64,000 bases of DNA, taken from contig OZ316891.1 of NCBI GenBank assembly GCA_973895155.1, positions 19,865,048 through 19,929,047 of the forward strand, read 5' to 3'. The notes under the pieces were generated by a model, which saw only the letters and a program-made list of their open reading frames with translations, did not search any database and was not told where the DNA came from. The position numbers and the translations under genes are program-made. Of this stretch, positions 1 through 12,414 are shown in pieces (the first letter of the stretch is position 1; each line of letters starts with the position of its first letter). This stretch comes from Marsupella aquatica (lineage: Eukaryota; Plantae; Marchantiophyta).

Positions 1-22
1 AAAGTGAAGTAGCTTACGGGCA

Positions 23-2340
23 TTACTTAGAAGAATCTGAATCTTCTGTTTCTTCCGTCATATGCCTCTCCTTCTCATTTTGTTCATTTTCCTCTTGTTG
101 TCCTCCTGAAGCATCATCTCCAACAGTATCTCCCTCCTGTTCATCTTCAGAGTCAAAATTTAAGACAGAGCAAACTTTATCTTTTTGTTTTCTTCCCACA
201 TCTTTAGCGGGAGATGAGCAACTGACATCTTTTGGAATCAATAACTCCATCCATGTCTTTTCCGCAATCTCAACAAACTCTTTTCGGCTTTCTATAACAA
301 GAATAAAACGACCACAATAGTCACCAACAACAAATGTACTTCCCGAACCAACAGTCCAGTCCATGACAATGTCACCCGGCCGAGTGATTAACTCTAACAC
401 AGATTGCATGAACCCAACGGACAAGCGTCCATTGCCAACAAACACTGCTAAAGGAGTTGGATCCTTCCTCACACTCGGGAGACCAATAAGGTTAGTGATA
501 GAAGGATCTTCAGTTGCAGAGAGGGGTCAAAACTTGGGGTCCTTTGGAACCTTAACCTTTGACGAAACACGACTGAACAGATCCAATCTCAATGTGAAAA
601 CCTATGAAATCCCAAGAAAGTCCTTTGTTAAGATGCCGACGATCCAACTAGAAAATCATTACAATCACGACATAACAATGAATTTTGGATAGCGCCAGGC
701 GCTAACAAAGAATATCCCCTTAACCGAAGGGTATATGAAAACATTTTTAGCTAGCGCTCGGCTCTAACAAAGGACAGCACAAAGAGTGAGATAATTTACC
801 TGACAATCACTTCGGGCCATGTACATTGGAACTCCCATAACCACGTTCAGGGTTTTCACACACTGAAACTTTTGAGACTCCTGGCTCCCGGCGATGACCT
901 GCAAGATCTGATCATACTCGCCGGTATGCAAAATGGCCAATATACCATCATCTGCTAGAAAGGGGTCCAATGCGTGAAAGAATGAACCAACAATTCTGTG
1001 ATCTGGGGAATTCTATTTTGGACACTTCTTCTCTAAAAGGGATGGGCGCAGTCCAGTTGGGAGGTAAACGAATCCAGCATCAACTCCAAATGATCTTATC
1101 TTTCCTCCTCTTATGACTCCTTTCTCCCTTAGACCAAGCAAGACCAGGTCTTTCACCCACTTCTCCACATTTGACACCCAAGCCGGTTTCTGCTCTTTCG
1201 TGAACACACTCTCAAAGAAGTCCATTACGCTGGACTCAACAAAAACATGCCTAGAAGTCTTAGACTTGAACTATCCAACATCTCGTTGAACACCAGTAGA
1301 AGCGACCGAATCCCGAGAGGAAAATCCATGATCCGAATATTTTATTTTCTTCATGCAGGTGGCATCTGCTGGTCGCACCATCTTCTCCGTGTTGGAAGGA
1401 GTCTGTTTATCAGGGACATCTTGTTCCCCCATATCAGCTTCAGAGATGCTAGGAGTGATAGTTGTCTTTGCATCTTGTGTTTCTTCTCCATCCGATTTCC
1501 GTCCACCTAGAAAAAGATACAAAAGTTTCCAAGATTACGGTCCACATAACACCAGCGTCGGGCGCTAACCAAACTGCCCAAAAAATCAACCGATAAATAG
1601 ACAACTTGATCTGCAGCGCTCATCAAAAGTCACTGACATAATCAAGCTGGTGGAGAGAAAATACAGAATGCCAATGGAAAATAGAAGAATCTCACGTTTC
1701 TTCCCGGATCTCGTTGATGGGATGGTTTTGCTTTCGCCCGGGGTTTTCGACTCCTGTCTACATGCAAAACTTCTGTTTTGCAATGTTTCTACAGCTCGCT
1801 CGCCGAGGCATCTACATCTTCCGATAAACCTTGTTTCATTTCAGAGAGAACTTTCCGAGGCACTAAAGACTTTGATAATTTCAGAAATGCATCCTTTTCA
1901 ACTTCATCGAAAGGGGTGTCCCACTTATCTGTGTCAAGATACCATGGACAGTGGATTATCTCCCACAATGAAATATCATGTGGTGGAACGTCCCCTTCGG
2001 CAGGGTACATTGAGTAAACTTCGCTAAAAGCATCCCCCTCTAGGATGGACCATTTCTGGAATGCAGGAGGGTAAGCCCAAAAATACTCTGGAGAACTGGT
2101 CTCCATTGCCATGTAGAAGCGATACATATATCTCTTGGCTCACTTTTGGTTGCGAATGGTATAATCTTCCTTGTCTCCGTACTTTGACTGCCAAATTGTG
2201 CTAAAAAACTTTGCCTTCATTGTTTCACCGTATGTCTTGAAATCATTGGTGATGTTCAAGACCAAAGCTTCAAACGTCTCCACTCCTCCTAGCGTCAGAC
2301 GATCAGCAGGTAGGATCGACTGGACTTGCGAAAGAGATGT
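23..2340 (-). pseudogene. Spliced, 5'-truncated gene ending in a beta-class (N6_N4_Mtase-like) amino-DNA methyltransferase domain plus acidic tail; probably TE-borne
   Basis: Exons ~2340-1696, 1506-800 and 601-23, with GT-AG introns 1695-1507 and 799-602. The C-terminus LELITRPGDIVMDWTVGSGSTFVVGDYCGRFILVIE resembles motif X/I of beta-class MTases (LI..T..GD.VLDPF.GSGTT..GR..IG.E). Upstream VDAGFVYLPTG sits at the DPPY position and FLADDGILAI resembles the LK..G.I motif. About 5 in-frame stops and one probable frameshift near 1785. Confidence 0.65.
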
Positions 2341-2361
2341 CTATAACATTGCAATTGCAAT

Positions 2362-3067
2362 TCCTTCCACCAAACTCCACATGTGCCATGTAAGCACCAG
2401 ATGACGATGCTGTCTGGGCTTGACCCAACTTCTTCTATGCATCATCTGACAGCAAAGAGCTTACCACCTCATCGTATGAAATAGACTTCAGGTCTCTATA
2501 CAAGAGAACCTGCTTCAAACCCTAATAAGATGGGGATAAGGAGCTGAGAAGAAGCAAGGCCTTGTCCTCTTCTTCAACGCCCTTACTGAGATTAGACAAA
2601 TCAACAGCTAGGCTGTCAAATTCATCCAAGTGATCTTGGAGCTTGTTCCCCTCTTTGAGCCGAAGGCTCATTAAGAGAGACTTCTTGTACAATCAATCTG
2701 ATGCATCCTCCCGATAGTACTTCTCCCTTAGGGCTTTGAATAGAGATGCACAATCTGCGTAGTCATCCAACTTCTTGATGATATGCGGCTTCAGATAAAG
2801 CATCACCGCATTCACTGCAATTACTTGTTCCTGCCTCCACCTCTTTAGTGGAATCTCCTCCTCATCATCGTACATCTCTCGTGTAGAGAGAAGATGATCT
2901 AGGCCCATAGCGCGAAGAACTCCTTTCACTTGCTTCTCCCAGAGCAAGTAGTCTGTATGCCCATCATACTTTTCCACCTCAAACTTGACACCTCCGAACC
3001 TGGATGTCATCTGTTTTTCTTTCACAATCCCTTCTACTTGCTGCACCGATGATTGTACCGGTGTCAC
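2362..3067 (-). pseudogene. Ty1/copia gag (UBN2/Retrotran_gag_2-like), truncated
   Basis: VKFEVEKYDGHTDYLLWEKQVKGVL followed, past a stop, by LMSLRLKEGNKLQDHLDEFDSL...EEEDKALLLLSSLSPSY. Stops and a frameshift are present. It breaks off at ~2362 into the MTase-like gene. Confidence 0.85.
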
Positions 3068-4134
3068 CTGCGCTTCCTTCTGCTCCTCTCTCTCTCCTCC
3101 TCAAACCGTCGTGGTGATCCTCGTGCTTCAAGATCCACTTCTTCAAAAATCTCCTCCGAATCACTCATGTGAGAATGCAAGAAAAAATGACGTTTTTCCA
3201 ACTTCTTCAAAAAACTCAAAACTTATCACCGCCGCGTAGCCCACAAGCCTAGCTCTCCAATGCTAAAAATCAGAATCGAAACCAAACTCCGACGTAAAAG
3301 TTATTCACTTTTCGGTTGGGGTGGATAAAACTTGGAATTCTCCCTCATTTTGACCACCTCAGGGAATAACAAAAAAGTGAAATAGTACCCGACGTTGGAA
3401 ATGCAATTCAATTTGTGCATCGCGTTGCCAACTCCGATGGCTAGCAACTTGCCCAAGACGAAGGAAAAAAGTTACCTTTCGGCGGATGGAATTTTTGACG
3501 GACGGCCAAAAACATGCTCTCTATTTTTTGGGAATATTCCCGCATAGAGCAGCAGGGCTCACAAGGGCCGTTCCCCCTGTCCAAGCAGTTAAATTGGAGG
3601 GCGGCAAGTCCCGGGATGTGGCTACCAATCAAAAATTGGGAAAAAGAATAAAAAATAGGGGCTAAAGGGGGTTTAAAGCCCCATTATTAAATCGGGAGTA
3701 TAGAAAAAAAGGGGGGGTTGTTTGGACGATCGTGTAGAAGTCGGGGCGTGTACAGGGCCGGGGGGGGGGTGGCAAGGCGGGGGCGCGGGCTGCCGAGAGG
3801 AGCAGCCACGAAACGGCTGCCAGAAGCAGTCGCTGGTGGCGTGAAGGGCCGCAAAGGGAGGGACCAGCGAGAGGGCGAGGGAGGACCGGCGGGCTGATGG
3901 GAGCAACGAAGCCACCGGCCAGCACTTCAGTCACGAGCACGACCGTGGCTACGGCTAGTGTATTCGGGAAGGGGTGGTGGTGGGGTGCGTAAAGGGAGGG
4001 TCGAGAGGGGGATCGGGTGTGTGATGCATAGCCAGGAATCACTCAGCCAGTTAAGTAGGTAAAGCAGGAGTGCACCCTAGAAACACCTTAGTATAGGGAC
4101 AAAACAAGGAAAATATAAACAATTAGGGGCGACT

Positions 4135-4776
4135 ATGGAACCCGGGCCGAGGCCGGAGGTAAGGACGCTGGGGGTGAAAACAAGATTAGGGTTAGGGTGC
4201 GCTAAGCGTCGGCGGCTAGGAAGGATCAATGGGAGGAAGAACCGAAAGAGGAGAGGGGTAAGGAGCGCTTGCAGGGAATGGTGGCTCATTTGCAAGCACG
4301 AACTAGGCAGACGACTACGGGAGGCCAACTACTGTCAGCTGCTTAGGCAAGCACTCAGGGAGAGAGTAGATACCGACGATCGACCTAAGGAGGGTATGAG
4401 CAACGTCAATCAAGCAGCACAATTCTGGGGATGCCTGTTCGAACGGGCAACTGAGTACATCAAGACTTACGAGGACGAAGAATCAGAAAGGGCAGCTCGA
4501 GAACGGCAGGAGCTCGCTCGATTGTGGGAGCTACAGAAGATGGCTTTCTTAGGAGGCGAACTCATCAAGGCCGAGTTCTTGTGGACTCCTACTTCCAATC
4601 AGCTCGACGATCTTCTGTTTTGCAAAGATAGAGTCATCGGCATCCGAGAAGCCATCAAACGCTGCAACAACATACACTGGGAGTTGAAGGGTAGCACGGA
4701 GGGGTGGACAAAGGCAACCGTGCTAGGAGAGATCCACGGGAGCCGAAATGAAGAGGAAGGGAGCCGTCAACGATGA
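4135..4776 (+). CDS. Hypothetical protein (ORF1 of the unclassified insertion; true start uncertain)
   Basis: 213-aa open frame overlapping the start of the next ORF; no recognisable domain. Confidence 0.35.
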   Translation: MEPGPRPEVRTLGVKTRLGLGCAKRRRLGRINGRKNRKRRGVRSACREWWLICKHELGRRLREANYCQLLRQALRERVDTDDRPKEGMSNVNQAAQFWGCLFERATEYIKTYEDEESERAARERQELARLWELQKMAFLGGELIKAEFLWTPTSNQLDDLLFCKDRVIGIREAIKRCNNIHWELKGSTEGWTKATVLGEIHGSRNEEEGSRQR

Positions 4777-7772
4777 AGCTACCCCAGCAAAAAGAACGAG
4801 GTCGGCGGCACCAAAGAAGCCAGCTGAGCAGCAGAGCAGGAGGCAGGGAGAAGCCGAAGAGGAGGACGATCCCATCAATGCCATTCCAACCAAGGATGAC
4901 ACCTGGAAGGGCTGGGCGGCAACCCTACAAGAGGAGGTGCAACTACATTTTGCACGGGAGGAGGATGCATGCTTTACGGCCATGCAGACCAAGAAGTACC
5001 AAGGCTTCATGGCCGGATCCGGCTTAGAGGCCTTTGTAAGATTACCATGGCTGAAGCCGGAGGTGTCGGATTCAGACTTATTAGAATTCGTGGGGTCATG
5101 GGAACCCGAGACCAATTCCATGAGGATATATGGGAAGGATTTCTATCTTACTCCCAAGGTGATTGCCGAAGTGTTTGGCTTGCCGATAGACAATAAGACC
5201 AAAGTTGATACCAGGAAGACCTTGCCTGACAAGGAGTTCCGGTCGTTCCCCGGGCCATCAACGAAGAATAGCTTCTTCCGGAACACCTGCACCAACCCGC
5301 ACATAGGAGAGATGATCGACTTCTTGCGGGTGACCATGCATTGTAACTTGCCGAGGGCAGAGATCGGCAAGGCACGGGTCTATCTGGCAGAGAGGCCAGA
5401 CCCAAGCCGGGACTACAATGGGTACCTCCTCAACCAATTGAAGAAGATCTTAAAGGAGGAGCAGCAGGTAATCGGCATGGGGAGCGTGTCACGACTTGGC
5501 TATCACATGCCGCTGTTGTGCCGGTATGCCAGAGGTCAGACCTTTGCCCCAGTACTTCCCCTACAGGTAAGGACACCTGAGGAAGCTCCAGCATCGAGGC
5601 CGGTAGCAGAGAAGCCTCAACCACCTGTTAGCCCTACGATTGAGCAGGTGTTTAGGCCAAGGAAGGAAGACTTGCCGATGCAGCAACCAAGCATGCAGAA
5701 TCTGCTGAAAATGCTGGAGAAGGAAAAGACGGCACTGGCACCAGCTTCGGCAGCGGCACCAATACAGGACACTGCCCCAGAGGTCAACCTAAGCAGACTT
5801 AGAAGGGAAAACCCCTTTACCGGAAATAAGGAGAGAATTAGGCCAGAATCCAAGCCGGGTGTTCGAATATACGTGGGAGTCTCAAGCTCTGAATCTGAGG
5901 CAGAATTGCCTGAAGCTCCTACCGGCAAAGATGAGAGGGAGAAGCCAGAAGTCCAAGGGTTGGAGGAGGCAGTGGAGGACTGCAACCATGATAACTCCGG
6001 CTATGGGTCGGACCATCACGTTCCAGGAGTAAGGACCTGTGGCCGGTTTATCCCCACACTTCCAAGGGTAGTTTGAGGGGACCCCAACCAGCAGAGTAGC
6101 CCCGAGTCTCCCCCACCAGATGTTGCTCCCCCAAGCTTTGACGGCATAAAGCAAACGACACAGGAATTTCAGGAACGACTTAGGGAAGCAGAAAAGGCAG
6201 CCCTGGCTAGGGAAAAGGATTTGCCAGGAGGAGATTGGCCGGAGGACATCAGGCGGCTAGCCAAAAAAGGAAGCAAACCTCTAGCCACGATTGAAGAGAT
6301 CCGCAAGACGGCTTGGGAGCAGAGGCCGCGATGGGTGATGCCGATCACTTCTACTTACTCCACCTACGCTAAGAATAGAGCCATGGAGTATGGTGAGATA
6401 TGTGGGGAACTTGCGCTCGGCATCTTTGGGGAGGAGTTGGAGGTAGGACCCTTTTTCCATAGGGAGCAGTTGGAGAAGCACCAGTTAGAAGAAGCGGTGG
6501 CTTTAGAGAGAAGCAAGAAGGACGAGGTCATCCGGCGGCTTAGGAGGATGGAAGCCGAGATTGAAGATCTAAGGGCGGCCAAGAAAGCCCAAGATGAACT
6601 GCGGATTAAACGGCATGAGCTGAACATCATGCAGGGGCAGTTGGACACCGCGCAGGCTGATAGTCAGATTATCAAGGATAAACTGACTCAGACCCAGGGA
6701 GAATTGGCCGACGCAATCAAGGACAGGGAGAAATGGAAGAAGGAGCTGAGAGACGCAGAGGAGGCCCATATAGTAGTCAACAACCGGGTCACGACGAAGA
6801 CTCAGAGAAGGGAGAGGGCGCTGAAGGAAGAGCTCGAGGTCGTCCGCAGAGCCCTTGAGCAGAATGGAGGCCAAGTTAGGGAAATCCTATCAAGGGATTA
6901 TTGCGCTACAGCAGGAGCTTGCGTCCCTGTCAGCCAGCTTCAAGGCCGACCTACGGGAGAAGGACGCCCAGCTCGACCAGACTTATGCCAAGATGAATAA
7001 CATGGAGTCTGAGGTCGTAGCGGAGCTCGACAAGGAGCTAAGAGCAACCCAGGAGGAGAGGGCTACCACCAAGAAGGAATTGGAGGAAGCCCACAGGGAA
7101 TTGGAGGAAGCCAAAAACGAGCTGGAGAAGGCACGTAAGGACCTGGATGAGACCCAAGAGGAGTTGGAGGAAATCACGAGGAAGATGGAGAATCTATAGC
7201 GGCGGGCCGACAACCAAACAGAGCGGCTGAAGAAACAAGCCGTAGTATTTAAATGCTTAGCTGCATCAGGTCCATCTCCCGTTGGGGCAAACCAGTTACC
7301 CGGGGTGGTAATTGCCGAAGGACCAGCCGTGACACACGGCCCGGTGCCGGACGTTGGCAGCAAGGGGAAGGAACCGGCTATGGAGATAGTGAAGAAGAAG
7401 AAGCGGAAACCTTCAGGGTCCGGAGGTTATTCGACCCCTCAAGCCGTACTCAAACCGATACCAACCTCCGGCATGAACACGGCAATAGATTCCGCTACCA
7501 CCAAAGGTGGGGATGGCGAGACCCAAGCCGAACTACTCAGTAATGAGGCCGGTATCCCAGATCCACCTCTTGAGCAAGCCGGGGAGGCCGTGGCCGAGGC
7601 TGAGGCCGTAGCCGAGGCTGATGTTGAAGCCGATGCCGTTGCCGGGGGTGGGCCCAGTCAGGCCGAGTTGACTCAGTCAAGGGCAGGTAATCTGTCAGAG
7701 AACGAACCTACGGCAGTGGCTAAGGTGGAAGCGTTGGGGGCGTCCACTGAGGAACAGCCATCGCTGCCATGA
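4748..7772 (+). pseudogene. Plant-transposon accessory protein (Athila/Tat extra-ORF or PMD-like domain) with long coiled coil, ~1000 aa, disrupted
   Basis: GLEAFVRLPW...LLEFVGSW....MRIYGKDFYLTPKVIAEVFGLP resembles the plant transposon accessory-ORF pattern. ORFs 4748-6076, 6221-7000, 6855-7199 and 7305-7772 join through frameshifts and a TAG. The middle part is an E/K/L-rich heptad region. Confidence 0.6.
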
Positions 7773-9600
7773 CGGTGGTGGAGGGCCTCTCCTTTCAAGG
7801 AGGGCGGACGTGGAGGGAGGAGGCGTGAGTGGGCAGGGCGGGCTCAGATCTCTAAGTTTAGGATTAGGATCAGGACCAAGAGGCGGCCCTGACACTTAGC
7901 TTAGTGGGATTGCGGTTCCATTGGTAAGAGCAACACTTGTACTCCTGCCTCGCTGTACATAGGTAGATCCAGTTAGGTAGATTAGGCTTACGCTGCAAAG
8001 AATTAGGTGGATCCACTACCAGGATAAGTACCTGGGCAACGGGGAGCTCAGGGCCTCTTCTTTAGCAAGTTTTTAGTTTGCACCAGCCGGGCTGGGATCA
8101 AGTAGTAAGAGAAGCTCTCGGTTAGTCATATAGTGACCCTTGTGTATATTCATGTTTCCTCATGCCTAAGAGCTGAATAGAGTTGGCCTCATGGCTTAGT
8201 TCGTAGAGCTTGTGTATGAGATGTACTGTTTGTATGGCAAGTGCATGGTATGACTCAGTCAGAAGGAGTCATTTTGCTATTTGTGTGTCGCATTAACTTG
8301 TGTGAAGAGTGCCCACATCAACCAATAGAGGAAGGAAAGTAAGCAGGGGAGTGAGAGTTGGATGTGTCGAGCTGAGAGAGGTCTTAGCGGCTTAACCAAG
8401 CCTATTGGGGATCATTCCGGCGGCGGAATCCAAACATACCTAACAAGACGGAGGGGAAGACAAGGGAAGGCCTAGATTAGGCCGGCTACGTATCTCATGA
8501 CCCGATGAAGGATCTGTCCAGTATATGTGTGTAAAATGTTAATAGTAGTAGTAGAAGGAGGTTAGCAGCGTCCCATGCCGCTAAGCCGCGGAAACGACCT
8601 CGCCAAGCGCAAAACCTGCGGGAATCGGCTTGCGCTGGGGGGGTTTCTTGGGTTTAGGGAGCCATGGGACGCACCACAGGGTGTGTGCACACACCAGCTT
8701 GTAAACCCCCCTAAAATAACCAAAAAATGCCCCTCACAATACAAAGGAAATAACCACGCAATGCCAAGGAGAAGAAAACAGCATGTGGCTAGTAAGGGCC
8801 CTAATGACACTCACTCCTCTCCAAAGCGCGATGGAGGTCTCTAGAGAGAGATATGTTAAAGAGACGACACCCATTCAAGGCCAAGTCAATACTTTACATT
8901 GACAAGTCACATAAAAAGTCACCGCATCATAGGTCAGGGCAGGGAGATAGCAACACATGGATGAGCACATACACCAAGTCCTTCGCAAGTAGATAGATTA
9001 ACATAATAATACAGCCTGACCATTACAAGGGAGAAAACAGGTCCGAGACTTGTTGAGGTCAATATTTACACTGTAGCTATATCCTAGCATGAGTCAGAGA
9101 TCAGTAAACGCATAAGAACAGTATGTTACACTATAGCGTCCCCAGTCATGGGTGGAGCACAATAAAGTATGAAAGGAACCGAGTGAAAAAAGGAAGGGAT
9201 TTAATAAGTACAAGGTCTAACAAAAAGATGCAGGAGTATAGATCAGAGGACTGAAAAGTCATAAAGCAGAAAAGCCTAGTAAGAAGCTGTCAGTACCTAT
9301 ATACATGAGCAGTATGGATAAAGCAACACTTATTGTAGACAAAAAATTAGTGCAAAAAGGACAGGTTTTCAAAGAGGATATTTATAGGATATGGCATGGA
9401 ACGCATAAAAAGTCAGAACACAGTATGGTAAAGTTGGACATGTGCAAGGTAATAGGATTGATAGTACTATTTTATAAAAAACATATATGAACAATTCCGG
9501 TGTCACAACAAAGGTGCCATTAGATGGTGCAGGAAAAAACCCTTAGTATAAAAAGGGAGATATACTAGGCGGTGCTTCATATAAGCTGGTCAGGAAAATT

Positions 9601-9860
9601 GAAGTAGACCATCAACTGAAATTAAAGAGCAGTGGACACAAACTGCAATACATCCCCGAGGTCATCATTCAGCCCCCGTCCCCAGGGTGAATCAAGATTC
9701 TCAAAAAATGATTCTTGTTGTACGTTTCTGCTACCATTGAACCGCGGCGGTAACGAGGAGACGTACATTAATTTCAGGCTAGCACTATAGAGAAGAAAGG
9801 AGTAATAAACCAGGAAAAAGCATGAATCATACCTAGAGAGACTTGAGCCATACCTGTGGT
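9601..9860 (-). ncRNA. Candidate structured RNA, copy 1
   Basis: Minus strand: UGUACGUC-UCCUC-[GUUACC..GGUAGC]-AGAAACGUACA, a hairpin, CCCUGGGG-[ACGGGGGCUGAAUGAUGA]-CCUCGGGG, hairpin GCAGU/ACUGC, then AUGGUCUA. Covaries with copies 2 and 3. Confidence 0.6.
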
Positions 9861-11200
9861 CCTCATGCCATGCTGGTGGAGCCCGTGTGAAAAACAAACA
9901 CAACAATGCTCTGTGCAAAAGTTACTGCAATAGAGGATCTAGAGTACTAAAGTAATGATACATACCAGCAAGCTAAACAGACGAGAGCTGACAGAGAAGG
10001 TGTGAGATTGTGAGAAAATACTAATAGAGAATCTAGAGTACTGGAGCAATGATAGATAATGTCAAGCTAAACCAACGAGAGCTGGCAGAAAAGGTGTGAG
10101 AATGTACTTGAGAAAAAGATCCTGTCAAGAAAAAAGTCAGGAAGCAACTCGCTATCTCCAACGTAAACAGTTGTTAGGAAAGGACCTAGTCAGGAATAGT
10201 CATAGAGCAAGATGCGCCTAGAATGAAAATAATGAACAACTACAGTGCTTTTTAAGGTATGCATGGAAACTAGGGGAGGCAGCTGCGTGACGGGATGAAG
10301 TCGTGAGCGCTGTTAGGGCAACCGCCAGGGTGGTGGTTTACATTAGTAAAACCTAATACATGTAAGAAGTATTATTACGTATTTAGTAAAGTATCTGTAA
10401 TATAAGCCGCGGTATAGGGCAATTTTTAATTTTTTACTAGTTGTATGTAAGATTTTCATCCTTTATAGATAACTTTAATTTTATTCAGTATTGTAGGTCA
10501 AATGCCACCATTTATCCAAAGAGAGAGATATGTTTTATAAAGTAGCAAAAAACACCCAATCAAGGCCACATCAAGAAGTTACTTTGTCCATACATATAGT
10601 ATGTCTAAGTCCTACAGTAAGGTCTGGGAGGAGTCCTGGATAGATAAGCATTACACCTTATAGTCCAAGTCAAAAAACTTCATATATTGCCGGTGACAAA
10701 TGGTAAAGTAAGTTCACAGAAGTACAATGAAAAGTTCTGACGGAGATTATAGGTATCAAAAAAGTTACTACTCATACAGCCCTCAATTCGTTAATAGGAC
10801 AGGTCTCCAAATAGCTTAATCAAAGCATAGTGGCAGGTGCTGCAATTGGAGGTACAGCGTAAAACAAGGGATAGAAATAACTAATGATAGAAGTAATTAA
10901 CAAGTGTCAGAAATAACCAGGATTTGTTTATAAAAAAACTTTTCATAGAGTAATAGGTAGATAGATCTCAACGCCAGGGGTATAGAAAGAAGGATTACTC
11001 TATCAAGTCAACAAAAAACAATTTCTTGGAGATACTAGTGGTGTGGATAGGAGCGAATTGCTGCAGTGTTAGGAACAAAAAAAATTAGTTAGCATGGTCA
11101 ATATATGACATATATGTAGCTTGTTAGAACTGGCATATAGCTCTAAGCAGAGCTCTATGCATGGACCATCGGTGCATCAAATCTGTTAGTCTTACAGACA

Positions 11201-11463
11201 GAAGTAGACCATAAACCATAACTGACATGTAGTTGACTTGACTACATTGCAAGCCCTAGGTCCGTCATTCAGCCCCCGTACCTGGGGTGAATCAAGCCAA
11301 TTAATTGACAAATTCATGCTATATGTTTCTGTTACCAAGATGCCCAGGCGGTAACGGGGAGACATATATCAGTTATGGGCTAGACTAAGCTTTTCATGAA
11401 ATATAAAGAAAGAAACCAATATGAGAAGAGCGGTATTTGTTGAGCGCGCGCCATAGTTGTGGT
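11201..11463 (-). ncRNA. Candidate structured RNA, copy 2
   Basis: Minus strand: UAUAUGUC-UCCCC-[GUUACC..GGUAAC]-AGAAACAUAUA ... CCCCAGGU-[ACGGGGGCUGAAUGACGG]-ACCUAGGG, hairpin AUGUAGU/ACUACAU, then AUGGUCUA. Confidence 0.6.
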
Positions 11464-12414
11464 GGACAGGAAAGGAATCTTACACAAGTGTGCCTTGGAC
11501 TGCTCATAAAGTAACCCTATAGGGAAAAGAAAGAAATGCTAGTGGTAAAGGACGATAGAGCAGTGTGGGGCAGAGTGCTAATGGTGAGAGATGTAAAGGA
11601 CAAAAGCACAGATTGGGGCAGAGTGCCAATGGTAAGAGATAAGAAAACAGAGTGACATTGGGAGGAGATGAACAGCACCTGAGCCAGTCATTCAGCCTGG
11701 GGGATGAAGATGCTCAGAAGAATGCTTACGCAGAGAGGGGAGGTATCATGCAAAAGGAATGTTGAAGAATTGTGCGTCAGAACCAGTGGTGATTGTCTAT
11801 TTTATAAGGATAAAAGTGTTGGTAGGGCATCTTACGTAAGAAGGGAGAGAAGTTGTTTTTTAGGTTTTTAGTATTTAGGCGTACTGTAGCCGTTAGATTT
11901 AGGGTGAATTTAAATAAGTGGTGTAGATGTATAGATCTAAGTGTCTCTTGCGTAAGGTGAGCAATACGTACTTAGATATTATTTTCATGAGTATGCATGG
12001 CTTAGTATTAGTATTTTAATGGGTATATTTTAGAGAGAATCATAGAGTTGCGGTACAAGGTGCTTAACTAAGATAGATTTATATTGAATGGGTCATCTTG
12101 TAAAAAGAGAGAGAGAGAGAGATATTATATAGATATATTACATCCTGCATTAAAGCAGGTCCTATTGTTCTCTATTGGCCATTCCTTGATTCAACATTCA
12201 ATCATATGCAGAGTATGGATCATACATTCACACATATAGTTTTTGGTACTGCGAACGTCTATTAACCATGGAAGTCAGACATGCTTATTCTGTATAACAA
12301 CTCTTATTTATAAATTGTCCATTTTCAAAACAACTAGGTCTATAAAGCTGAGTATCTTTTGATGTTGAGCTCTGCTTGGTGACAGTTGTACTCAAACGCT
12401 GTGTCCACAACATT

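Noticed and set aside
1789-3067. A genuine gag-methyltransferase fusion gene
   Set aside because: Gag breaks off at ~2362 within what looks like an intron of the MTase-like gene (acceptor at ~2341), which is more simply a deletion or nesting junction.
8816-8844. Helitron 3' end (hairpin plus CTAG)
   Set aside because: The hairpin is too close to CTAG, the next base is A rather than T, and no matching 5' TC end or RepHel was found.
9661-9768. Calling the structured motif a canonical hammerhead ribozyme
   Set aside because: GUC, GAAAC and CUGA..GA are present, but their order is not a circular permutation of the hammerhead. The box is CUGAAYGA (one extra base), and no consistent stem II forms in all three copies.
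9622-9918. 98-aa minus-strand ORF over motif copy 1
   Set aside because: No equivalent ORF in copies 2 and 3; the conservation follows base pairing rather than codons.
10370-10378. TATTATTAC, resembling a CRESS-virus origin nonanucleotide
   Set aside because: Not in the loop of a stem, in AT-rich context, and no Rep gene is present.
11320-11368. Calling the motif an HDV-like ribozyme, group I intron core, TPP riboswitch or C/D snoRNA
   Set aside because: Only isolated words match (UCCYCGY, AUGGUC, GCUGA). The required helices or boxes are missing in at least one copy.
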